Assembly: GCF_026571515.1 (NCBI RefSeq)
Contig: NW_026857641.1
Coordinates: 1 to 64,000, forward strand
Direction of reading: 5' to 3'
Length of the DNA: 64,000 nt
Origin: Ruditapes philippinarum
Lineage: Eukaryota
Below the pieces are notes generated by a model. That model was given only the letters and a program-made list of their open reading frames with translations. It was not told the DNA's origin and did no database searches. A program made the translations under genes and the position numbers. Below, piece after piece: positions 1 through 11,996 of the stretch. Positions within the stretch are counted from its first letter, which is position 1. Every line of letters begins with the position of its first letter.

Positions 1-600
1 GATAGAAAAAAAATTCTGTTAAAAAACGTAGTTTAGAAAAAATCAATTTAAAAACCCGATAGGATGGGAAAAATAAATTTGTTAAAAAACAATGATAGAA
101 AAAAATCAATGTTAAAAAACAAAAAAGAAAAATAAATGTTACAAAACAGATGTTGAGAATAAAATTTAAAAAAAGGATGATGGGAAAAAATAAATGTTAA
201 AAAAACCAAAAAGAGATAAGAAACCAATGTTACAAAAAAAATAGAAAAATAAATTTTTTTTACAAAAAAAAAAGGGGGAAATAAAATGTTACAAAAAAAA
301 TAGATAAAAAAATTAAATGTTCCCAAAAAAAAAAGAAAACCCAATGTTAAAAAACAGAAGATAGGGAAATCAATGTTAAAAACAGATAGAAAAAATAAAT
401 GTTAAAAAAAAAAGGAAAAATAAAATGTTAAAAATGGATAGAGAAATAAATTTTAAAAACGGAAGGAAAAATCAATTTTTACAAACGTAGAAAAAAATCA
501 AGGGTTAAAACAGTATAAAAATTCAATGTTACATAAAAAAGAAAAACAAGGGTTACAAAAAGATAAAATTTAAAAATCAATGGTCCCAAAAAGAAAAAAG
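1..600. repeat. Degraded or error-rich part of the GATAGAGAAATCAATGTTACAAAACA satellite
   Basis: Recurrent 'gatag..aaaatcaatgtta(c)aaaa' units with inflated homopolymers; same family as 1621-3585. Confidence 0.8.
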
Positions 601-604
601 ATGC

Positions 605-1620
605 ATACATGTGACAATGAAAGGGGCCCCAAAATCGGGGATTTTCAGTTGGATTTGGGGCCAAAACGGGGATTTTTTAGGGGACTCGAATTTTTAATGC
701 GTGTTTGGGACATTGGTTCAAAGAATCAAAAGTTACCCCCAAAAAATTAAATTTATACTTTTTTATGTTTTTTTTTTGTCAATATTTAATTTTTTTCACC
801 AAAAAAAAAAATAAAGTAAAAAAATTTAAATGTAGTCGTAAGGTTTTCAAAACCGTTCCCCCACTTTTTAAAATTTTTATTATTTTTCGTTTGAAGAATT
901 ATATGTCTTTTTAGTTTATTCAATTTAAAAAAGCCATTTGAAACGTTTCCCAAAATTTTCTTTAAAAAGACTATGGGCATTAAAAAACGTAAACAAGTAG
1001 AAGGGCTTTAAAAAAAAATGAAGAATTGTTCCGTTAAATTTAAAACCACATTTTTTCCCCCATGATTTTTGTAATTTTCCCAAAAAAAAAAAAATTACCC
1101 TAAATAAAAAAAAGGTTAATTAGACATCTGAACAGGTTTTTTAAAAGATCCAAATTTAAATTTATTCTGCTACCTTTTTTCCCTTTTTTCAGTTTCGGCA
1201 AATAATCAAAGAAAATCAAATTGAGGGCCCAAAATTCATCCCTGTAAAAATTTTCGGGGGGTTTTTATTTTATTTTTAACCCACTGCCCCCAATTTCAAA
1301 AAAAGGAATTTTTGACACACGGAAAGGTTGTTGTTAAACATGTGAGAATAACTTTGGGTATTGGGAACTGTTTCTTTAACCCCTTGCTGTCAGAAATTGC
1401 GACTCAACTTTTTAATCTGCTTATTAGGATATGAGAACAGAAAACCGATCATTTCCCGCAGAGGGCCGTTTACTTTTAATACAGGTGCGTGTGTTTGATT
1501 TTGTTGTTTGATTTTTTTTTAATATCGGGAATTCTTCAAGCTGTAATATCGGGAATCGGGATCAGGAGTTGAAATATCGGGACATTTTTTTAAAAAATCC
1601 GCCGGAATGGTCACATGTAT
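605..1620. mobile_element. ~1 kb non-autonomous TIR DNA transposon inserted in the satellite
   Basis: Left ATACATGTGACAAT (605-618) matches the reverse complement of right AATGGTCACATGTAT (1606-1620). Subterminal (AT)ATCGGGA motifs are repeated at both ends, and satellite flanks both sides. Confidence 0.55.
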
Positions 1621-3585
1621 TGAGATAGAGAAATCAAATGTTTACAAAAACGGATAGATAAGAAATCAATGTTTACACAACAAAGTAGAGAATCAATGTT
1701 ACAAAAAATAGATAGAGAAATCAATGTTACAAAAAGATAGATAGGAAATCAATGCTACAAAACAGATAGGATTAGAGAAAATCTGTTACAAAACGATAGA
1801 TAGAGAAATCAATGTTTACAAAACGAGATAGATAGAGAAATCAATGCTACAACAAAAAAGATAGTAAAGAAATCAAAGGTTACGAAAACAAAAAGAGAAT
1901 CAAATGTTACAAAACAGATTGTAAAGAAAATCATTGTAACAAACAAAAAGACGAAATCAATTGTTAAGAAACAGATAGATGGGAATTTCAATGGTTCAAA
2001 AAAGATAGATAGAGAAATTCAATGTTTACAAAACAGAATAGTTATAGAAATTCTTGTTCAAAAACAGATAGATAGAGAAATCCAATGGTTACAAAACAGA
2101 TTAGATAGAGAAATCCTGTTTACAAACAGATAGAGAAAATCAATGTTTCAAAACCAAAAGAGAAATCAATGTTACATAAACAATCGATAAAGAAATCATG
2201 GTTACAAAACAAAAAAAAGAATTCAAATGTTACAAAAAAGACTAGATAGAGTTTTAAATCAATGTTACAAAACAGATAGATAGAGAAATCAAATGTTACA
2301 AAAAACAGATAGATAGAAATCAATGTTACAAAACAGATTAGATTGAGAAATCAATGTTTACAAAACAGATCAATAGAGAAATTAATGTTAAAAAAAGATA
2401 TATAGAGGGGGGGGGGTCAAATTTACAAAAACAGATCGATAAAGAAATCCATGTTACGAAACATATAGAGAAATCCAATGTTACAAAAACGGACTTAGGA
2501 TAGAGAAATCAATGTTACAAAAAAGATAGATAGAGAAAACCAATGTTACAAAACAGGATAGAGGGAAATTAAATGTTTACAAAAACAGATAGAGAAATCA
2601 ATGTTACAAATATATAGAAGAAACAGTAGTAAGAGAAATCAATGTTACAAAACAAAAAGAGAAATCAATGTTACAAAACAAGATAGAGAAATCATGTTAC
2701 AAAACACTGTAGATAGGAAATCAATGTTACCAAAACAGTCGATAGAGTGAAATCAATGTTTCAAAAAAGATAGTAGAGAAATCAATGTTTAAACAAACGG
2801 TAGAGATAAAATGTTACAAAAACAGATAGATGGAAAATCAATGTTCATAAACGCAGTAGTAGAGAAATCAATGTTAAAAAACGATAGATAGAAAAAATCC
2901 TGTCTACAGAACAGAAAGAGAAAATCAATGTTACCAAACAGATAGAGAAATCAATGTTACAAAAAACAGCGATAGAGATTAAATGTTACAAAACAATATA
3001 TAGAGGAAATCAATGTTACCAAAAAGATAGATTAAGAAATCAATGTTACAAACATATGAGAATTTCAATGTTACAAACGGATCGATAGAGAAATCAATGT
3101 TCAAACAGATAGATTAGAGAAATCAATGTTACAAAACAGGATAGAGAAAATTTAATGTTACAAAACAGATAGAGAAATCAATGTTACAAAAATTATAGGA
3201 AACGATAGATAGAGAAATCAATGTTAAAAACAAAAAGAGAAATCAATGTTACAAAACAGATGATGAGAAAATCAAATGTTACAAAACACTGAAGTGATAG
3301 AGGAATAATTGTTACAAAACGATCCGATAGGAGAAATCAATTGTTACCCAAAACAGTAGTAGAGAAAATCATTGTTAACAAACGGATAGAGAAATCAATG
3401 GTTTACAAAACAGATGATAGAGAAATCAATGTTACAAACCGTAGGTAGATAGAGAAATCAATGTTTCAACATATAGAAATCAATGTTACAAAAACAGATC
3501 GATAGAAGAAATCAAGGGTTCAAAAAAGATAATAGAGAAAATCATGTTACAAGCAGAATCAGAGAATAATTTGTAACAAACGATA
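1621..3585. repeat. Tandem satellite/minisatellite, 26-30 bp unit (GATA)1-2GAGAAATCAATGTTACAAAACA
   Basis: Directly visible tandem array of ~2 kb. Unit length varies with the number of GATA tetramers. Confidence 0.95.
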
Positions 3586-4994
3586 TGTCGGTTGTCGCGG
3601 TGGACTTTTTTTTCTTTTAACAAAATACTTAAATTGTATTTGAAATTGATTTTTTAAATATTCTTCAAAAAACAAGGGTTATCAAAATGTTGCGTTTGGG
3701 TTTCCCCAAAAATAAAAAATGAAATAAATACTTTTAAAATTTTAGAAACCCTTGATTTTTTTCTCCCCCATTTTTTAAAAATTTTTTTCAATTTTCCGTT
3801 GGGTTTTAAAAAAACTTTTTTTTTCCAAGAAAAGTCGGGCTTTAGCGGGAAAATTTTACTTTGATTATAATTTCAACAAAAGCTATTTTGAAGGGCTTTT
3901 TGGGAAAATTTTATCCTTAGGGTTACTTCTGATTTAAAAAAAGAAATTTGTGGGAATTATTTTTTTAAATTTTGCCAGGAGTGGTGGGTTTCTTTTTTTG
4001 AAATTTTTTTTTTTATTTTTATTAAAAAATTTAGGCATATTATTTAGCGATTTGGAAACAATTTAGTATCCCTACAATTCCAGTAATTAGTACTTTGATT
4101 ATTCTTCCCAATAAAACTAAACAGCTACTTGTTTCTTACGGAAATTTAAAAGTGGGAATCTTTTTTAACATCTTTATTTCTATTTTTTACTTAGCCCTTT
4201 CCATATTCATACCTTGTTCAGTTAATAATAGGATATTGTAATTACAGCTTCACCAGCCAGTTAATGTTTTCTGTTTTAATTACACATTCCGACTATACTG
4301 ATATGATTTTTTTCAGGTTTCCCCCCCCAATTGTATTTAAAAATTTGGGGAAAAAAATGTAATTATAATAATGGGCCCCACTAAATCTGTGCAAAAAGAA
4401 ATTCTGTAGTAACACATTCTAACCTTATACAAGTTTTGAAACCTAGTTTACACGTTTTCCTGCTTCCCAGAGAACAGGCACCTGAAAATAGAAAAATTTA
4501 AACCATTTGTAAAAACATCATTAAGACTACTTTGTCTGTCAGAACATCTCCTCCCTTCTAACATTGTTTCAACACACTGTATCAACATTTCCTTAAGATG
4601 TATTAATCAATTATTGTTGATAACAAGATTTTCTGTAACATCAGAAAGGATTTAATTCATTGTAGCCCGCCCAGAAGCTCAACAATAAGTAGGAGTGTAT
4701 GACGTAATGTTTAATAATTAAGCAATTTTTCTGTACCAATCATTATAAATAATGACAGAACCTATGTTCAAATCAATCATCAATTTTTAAACATAAACCG
4801 CGGCCCAGGAGTGTAATAAAGCCATTTAAACAAAAATAGTGTAATAACACTTTGATGTGACGTCATTTGCTCTATATAGAAACATAGCATTAAAGCATGC
4901 TAATGTTAGCATTACACAATGGGCGCGTCATTGAAAAATTACTCATTTTAATAGCTTACTGTTTTTATTTTATATATGTGATAAATAGAATATT

Positions 4995-5140
4995 ATATTC
5001 GTGTAGAATCAATACTAAATTTATTGAACATGTTGAATAAAACAATATTATGCTCGCCAGAGGCTAGCATAATATGATATTATTTAACTTGTTCAATAAA
5101 TTTAGTATTAAACTACATTCATTCAATATCTTCTATATAT
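4995..5140. repeat. ~100-bp palindrome, likely part of a non-autonomous element
   Basis: AATACTAAATTTATTGAACA... (from 5011) pairs with ...TGTTCAATAAATTTAGTATT (to 5109), centred near 5060. Confidence 0.7.
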
Positions 5141-6274
5141 TATATTCTTATTAGATAGAAACTGACACTCAGCTTTCATGTAATATTTTAATAATTTGCT
5201 TATTGTGGTTGTGTTAACACTTGCATTTACAATAAATAACTAATATGATATATAAATAAAAGAAAATAAACACTATTAGTTATAATGTGAATCAGCCAAA
5301 GAGTGTCCTATAATATTAACATGTTGTTACAACTCAGTCTCCCAAATTGACATTGACTGGCTAGCATGATTTCAATCATATTCTTTTTTTAATGTAATAA
5401 ATAATTATCAGAAAACTTTTAGTTTGTGAGTTTTGATACAGTGAGAGTGCATTGCCACATGTTAAATGTATTTCATGACATTTTGGCTTAAGATAATATG
5501 TCCAATGTTTGTAGGCTCTAAACTATTATTATTTATGTGCAGAAGTTTACTATAATATCCTCCTGAAATCTATTTGTTTGTATTGATCATGTTACATGTC
5601 ATATTTTTATTCTATAAATTTTAATTTACTATTCTGAAATTTTGCCAATTTGAGAATCATTCAGAACTTTTTATACTTCTGCCTATATAAGGCTAGCACA
5701 ACAAATTTTATATCTTTACAACAAATTATTGAAACAGAAAAAATGATATGAATGAGCAGTGTTTTTTCATTGGTTATTAAGCTTATAACAGTGCATCAGT
5801 AATAATCTATTTAAGGAAATCTCGGGAAGGAGAAAATGAGTCTCTCTGTGGATTATATGCACGATTACATACAAGCCTGGCTGATCATTTGATGAAAACT
5901 GTGCAATAAATGTCACGTCTAGAGGAATTTTCCCAGTCAATCAATGTGCCTTTATAGCACATGAAAGCTAATCTTACACTTTCAGATATTTATTCTATAA
6001 TCATCTATATAGAAAGACACTCCCAAATCCAATCTCTTGCCATATATGCTGTACGCAATTATTCAAAAGAAATAATGGCAATCTAATAATGCTAACTGTC
6101 AAATTATACAGAGTTTTTCATCATGTAGCTATCACCTTGTAGAATTTCCATAATGGAATTGCCCTCCTTTGAGCAGTTCCATTGATTTTTTAAGGGATTT
6201 TAAAATATTAAAATGCTAGAATTAACTGTTATAACCCTTCTTACAATAAAGAACAGTTTATTGTTATTATTAAA

Positions 6275-6730
6275 CAGGGATCGAAAATTCCACTTGTCCG
6301 CTCATATTTACAAATAGACATCGATGCAGGACAAGTACAAAATTGTTGTATGCTTGTCCAGTAGAAATTTGTGAAGCTAGAATTCTCAAAATCAGTTTGT
6401 TTGCATTTAACGATGGAAAACCCGAAACAAAGCTTTTTTAGGTTATGTATAATTTGCGCTGACTTTATAAAGCTCTGAACGCATTGTTAATTGGATACAG
6501 GTTTGATTGGAATGTGCTTACAATGCTGTATAAAGTGTGCGATTTATACACGACCTAAAACACATTACTTAGCTTTGTTTTGGTTTGTTAAATTTATGTT
6601 AACAAATTAATAATGACAATTTTTTGCGGTCTCTTGCATCAGCAAGGTTCTATTGTATTGGCAAAGTTTATCTTGAAAATCAAGTCAAAAATGCAGGACG
6701 AGTGGCTATGAAAATTTTTTTCGATCCCTG
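6275..6730. mobile_element. hAT-like MITE
   Basis: TIR CAGGGATCGAAAA / TTTTCGATCCCTG; flanks ATTAAA/GTTAAA (imperfect 6-bp TSD). Confidence 0.7.
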
Positions 6731-8223
6731 GTTAAAGGGATTTCAATATCAAATCAAGTCACAAGAACTTAAAAGTTCACTTAATTTGTGTAATGGGAAT
6801 AGTCCTCATTTAAAATTAAGAACAGTCCATTCCTAGTATAAGGGATTTCAATATCAAAAATTTTAAAATTTAGCTGCTAAATAATTTCAACATATGATAA
6901 ATACTAAGAATTCCCCAATCTGTGTGTGATATAATCTATGTGACATTTATATTAGAATAATCACACTGTGATACTCATAAATATTATAATGAAATATCTA
7001 ATATAATGAATATGTAACAAGACTTTTCCTTGAAGTTCGATGTTACCAACCACTGTTATATAATACACCAGATTTTGATTAGGAAATTCCTAAAATTATA
7101 TAGCCAATGGTATAGCTCAGTTCTGGGTATGGCAGCATCATAATAAATGTGCAAACAGAGCTGACTCTGTATAACTATATATTTCACAATTATGCAAGTT
7201 ATAACTGCTACTTGCATTCCATTGATTAACAAATAACTAACATTTGTACACTTTTCTGAAAGGTTTGTGTATTTGATTCATATTTACACCAATTTTAACA
7301 TATAATTTATAGGGTTATACTTGGTGCTTGACAGTCCACCCGCCCTGGATAACTAACCAGTGATTACCAAGATCATTACACCTCAAGTGACTGACTAACT
7401 AATCTTCCAGTATTACCATTAGACTCACCTGGGCTGAGTGTCCCAGATTACTTGTCACAGAAATTGTTTGCCTCACCTAATGATCAAACCAGTAATGCCT
7501 GCATTACAAATCTAATGTTCTCTCCCTATTGAGCATAGTGGGCTGACTTTAAAAGGTTTACATAGAATGTTACAGATTATTAGTTTTGTATGATCTTCTA
7601 GCGGTGTATGCACAGTATGTATTCTTCTGTTCCCAAAGTTTAAAACATACATGATGACAAGCTACTTAAGACACTGGCTTACAATTACTTCAATTCTAGT
7701 TTTCTCAAAGAAATGACATTAATGAAATAAGTATCAATTACTTTAACATAAAGCACTATAAGAAGTTAGAACTTGTGTTGTTATCCTATGTGACAGGTTG
7801 TCATGAAAATACTAGAGAAAAACATGTCTGACATTTGGTCAGGCACACCTAGATATGTTCTGTTTTCCTGACAAATATCAAAACCATATAGTTGAATTTC
7901 TGTGTCCAGTAAAAAGTGACTGACATTGAGGCATCAATGGAAAAGTTACCGAACCCACCCAAAATTTATCTGAAATGTCAAGACTATTCAGAAACTTCTT
8001 GAAAGCCCCACAATTTGAAGATATTACAGTACGTCAATATTCCCATATCACCCATGACATCTTCTGTAATACAAGATAACTTTAGTCTAAAGTCATTTAT
8101 TAAACCAGGAATTTAGCCATTCATCATGTTAAAACATTGCAATTTATTGTAAGTTATATTTAATTCTTACATCTTTTTGTGAAATGGATTTAAGTCAAAT
8201 TTTCTCACATTAATTACATGTAG

Positions 8224-8972
8224 CACTAACAAAGTTCTATGCTCCTGCGTTTATGAATAAATTATGCAAATGAGCCACGTTGAGCCGCCATGTTGGAGTT
8301 TCGGTAAGCGTGTTGGAAATTGCTACCTGTTCGTTTTGAAAGCTCTTCCTAACTTACAGTTTCCGTGAATGTAGGAAAACTTGGTTTTGTTTGATTGCAT
8401 ACTGAATGATAGGTATTACAAAATAAATATAATGAAAATCGATCAATCAATAATTGTATACGAGCGTTATAAAGTCAATTTAATTCGTCAGAATAATAAG
8501 ATTCTGTTGCAGGGTATCGGTAAAAGACTGCTTTTTTTCCCGTTTTTGAAATTTATTTGAACACGGAGACAATTTTTCTCAAACAGGTTTATGAATATTC
8601 TTTACGTTGCAACAGAGTTTACCGTGTGTCCATTCCTTATTTAAATTGTCTAAGAAGTTAAATCTGTTTGTTTACATGTAAATGTGTACCGTCATTTTGA
8701 CCGACTGGAACAAAAACTACTATGACGGTGATAATACCGGATATGTAATGAAAATTACGCCGTGTAGTGCAAAGTTTTGGACATTGCAATTAAAATTAAC
8801 GCTTACGTTGATTCAAACTGTTCCTTGTCAGCAAAATTGAAACCGAAAGTAGTGGTTGTTCTAGAATTTAATCGAATAAAATGGGTGGGATTTAACCACC
8901 GCGCATGCCCTGTGCGAACGTTTTGTTTACATCCGGTCGTAGCATAGGGTAAGAGTGCAAACTTTGTTAGTG
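8224..8972. mobile_element. Non-autonomous Transib/RAG-like DNA transposon
   Basis: Perfect 13-bp TIR CACTAACAAAGTT / AACTTTGTTAGTG; perfect 5-bp TSD TGTAG (8219-8223 and 8973-8977). CAC termini plus a 5-bp TSD are the Transib superfamily signature. Confidence 0.75.
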
Positions 8973-9084
8973 TGTAGATTACTCACATCATGAACATTTC
9001 AAGTTTCATTTCAAGAAACAGAGGTAAAAGATGTTATGCACAAAAAAGTCCACTTTTTGACATTTGCAATATTTTTGTGGCACA

Positions 9085-9877
9085 TACTGTGCGTTTAGGA
9101 TAATTATTTAGTGACGCGGTGGTCAAGTCCACTTTAACGGTGTAAAACAGTTATCATCTTAAGTCAAGCAGGCTTGCCATATAAATTAATATATCGACAA
9201 ATTTACCAACTGGCGGTGTAACACAGTAGGTATGGTTGTGTGGTAAATATTTAATTACATATCAATGCAAGACAGCTAGGTTCGGTCCCAATTTTTTTTG
9301 TATAATTATCAATCGATTAAGAATTTCTTTTTTTCTTGTACAGATTATTAGCGCTGTGTTATTTTCTATTAACTTCTCATTTCACTTTTGTTTTTAAATG
9401 TTGCTATATCTAGCAAGTTGGTGCAACCTGATACGGAATGCATACATGTACATAAATTGTTTCAACTATAGTTAAGTTGGCACGAAAAACTTATGCACTG
9501 CAAAAGTACTACTAATATATATTACACACTACACAGAATAAAAATTATTATTTCCGGTATATATAAATTATTCGAAATTATAACAAAACTGCCTTTATAT
9601 TCAAAAAATTTGCATCTAATGTAAAAATGAAAATAGGGAAAGAAAAAGGAAAAAAAGGGTTGACAACTTGTGTGGCTCGAACTCCTGATACAATTTAATT
9701 AGTATGGCATCCTAATGACTTAACCAACTTTGCCATCGAGACTTTTCAAATTCTATTTCTGATTTTGAATCATATTCACTTCTAAATACCCTGTTTTACC
9801 TATTCAGACAAAGATTGTAAACTTTTGTGTACACAAAAATTGCAACGTCACTCTCACATTATCATAGCGGCACAGTA
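9085..9877. mobile_element. Non-autonomous TIR element containing two convergent tRNA-like segments
   Basis: Imperfect ~33-bp TIR TACTGTGCGTTTAGGATAATT..TAGTGACG / CGTCACTCTCACATTATCATAGCGGCACAGTA. A/B-box-like motifs at ~9230-9300 (+) and ~9655-9738 (-). Confidence 0.55.
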
Positions 9878-10929
9878 CTAGGAGTTACTTATTTGACCAA
9901 GAATTCCAGTAAATCTACTATGAACTTTTACAAACAGTGGCAAAAGAGCTACAGTTAAAATGGCAACTGAATACATACATCATAAGTAAGTGTTAGGCAA
10001 AAATAAACAGATACCAACACTGAGGTTTTTGATTAATTAAACAGTCAACATGACAACATTGATGGAGTTAATTAATGATGATAAATTTATATACTGAGAC
10101 GATATTGAATTGACAATTTGTCTGACATGCAATACCATGCAGCCATACTATGATAGTATCTTGCAGTTATTAAGATACTATTGTGAGGCAAGTACATTGT
10201 ATTCTTTATGCATAATAGGGACATTGGCTTTCCGATTATCAAATATGAGAATAAAAATTCTGTATACACAAGGGAGAGCTATGTTCATGGAATGCAGCCT
10301 TAACAACATCCTAAAACAACGACACTCAAAGGGGCACAAAACAGGCCGGGGCAGACAAACAGTAGATAAAGAAAGTAAGGAAAAGTTTGACAGGCAAAAA
10401 TAAAAGAGGAGAAAACACTGAAAAGATGGAGACCTCTTGTAAAGGGCCAATCCTGTGGGAAATGTTTGACAGTGAAAATATCAATAAAAAGTCTCATAAA
10501 GTCAAAAAGTCTGGTACGGCTGAATATGGTATAATGTGTTTGATAACCTAAACGGAAGACCAAAGCCAAGGCATTTTTTAACGCCAAGGATTTCAGAAAA
10601 TCATTACACCAACCATTTTGCTGGCAACATCTACAACAAAATCAATATCATAATAATTTGAATACCAGATCATTATATTGACTCCATATCACCCCCCAGG
10701 TTATACAATAATTGCCTCTGTATAAATTACAATGTATCTGTAAAATTTGAATCTACATCTGAATTCCTTTGCGGTATTACTGATTGAAATCAGTTAACTG
10801 TAAAAAAAAAAACACATTATACAAAAATTCAACAGCAATTATATCCTGATTTAAAGCAGATTATCATTATATTGGTTACTCTTTTTTGTCTGCCATCAAT
10901 CTGGATTGATTCAAGAGAGTTTACAATGA

Positions 10930-11120
10930 AATGAGCCGCGCCGTGACAAAACCAACATAGTGTGTTTGCCACCAGCATGGATCCAGACCAGCCTGCCCAT
11001 CTGATCAGGATCCATGCTGTTGGCTTACAAACCCTATTAAAAGTAAAGAAACTGATAGTGAACAGCATGGATCCTGATCAGACTGCGCAGATGTTGGTTT
11101 TGTCATGGCGCCGCTCAAAT
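10930..11120. mobile_element. Foldback MITE family A (ATGAGCCGCG...CGGCTCAT/AAT), internally deleted copy
   Basis: Homologous to 32199-32390 and 51560-51800; inverted ends. Confidence 0.9.
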
Positions 11121-11789
11121 ATAGCATTGGTAATAGTCCTATGGTCCACAGCCACATCGCCTCTCACTCTAAAACTGAATAGCATCTGGAAACACTGTCC
11201 CCTCCCCCATCAATGTCCCTCACATTACATTAGAAAGCAAATAATGTGAAACTGAGTTGGCAGAAACCATATATGAACATCCATCCTTTCATGTTAAATA
11301 AAGGAAGTGAAGCCATTAATGGTCAGAAACACATCTGCTTCCTACAAACTGGATGAAGCATAACTAAATAGCCCCCCCCCCAATCCCCCACCCACTCTCC
11401 CCACAGTTATCAAAAAGGACAATCTGACCATGACCTTTGAGAAGGAGACTTTATCCGGCGTACTTTCTACATAATTTAGAAATTAAGTCATTACAAATCA
11501 TCTAGTAATGAATGACATTGGAAGCAAGCTAGGGTTTAATTGAAACTTTATTGATCTTTGCTTCTTTAATTAATTTGACATTTTGCTTCTATATAAGCTA
11601 ATTGGATTTCTCGCGACATTAAAACTAAAATATATGTCTCCTTAGTTACCCTTCAATCAACCTTCTCTTTCATGATTTCATTCATAAAAATCTTCCAGGC
11701 CAGAGATAAAGTTCTATAATACATGCATATATTGTTGAATTGGTTTTGAAATCATAAATCAACTAGACAGAATATCTGTCTAGTTTAAC

Positions 11790-11996
11790 CTTTAACCTGC
11801 AGGTGACAACTGATTTTACCCATGCAACCAGTGCAGACCAGGAACATCCGACATCTGTGCTGTCTCCATCAATGTCTGCAATGTTCACAATTCAGTCAGT
11901 ATGTAATTATTTTGAAATCTTCTCCAAAAAATAATGAATAGTTTTGCTTTCACTGAAAGATTGACAAGTTTAAGATATTTAGCATGGTAAGGTTAA
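11790..11996. mobile_element. Old TTAA-flanked MITE family (related decayed copies at ~53630-53840, ~42690-42930, ~46340-46480)
   Basis: Shared motifs 'cagtgcagacca..', 'tctgtgctgtct', 'tgaaagattgacaagt..taagatattt' and TTAA-like ends. Confidence 0.5.

Noticed and set aside
48-2323. Phe/Lys-rich ORFs at the window start
   Set aside because: Translations of an A-rich satellite in error-prone sequence.
10087-10587. Cluster of overlapping short ORFs as an internal exon
   Set aside because: No recognisable protein motif or convincing paired splice sites.
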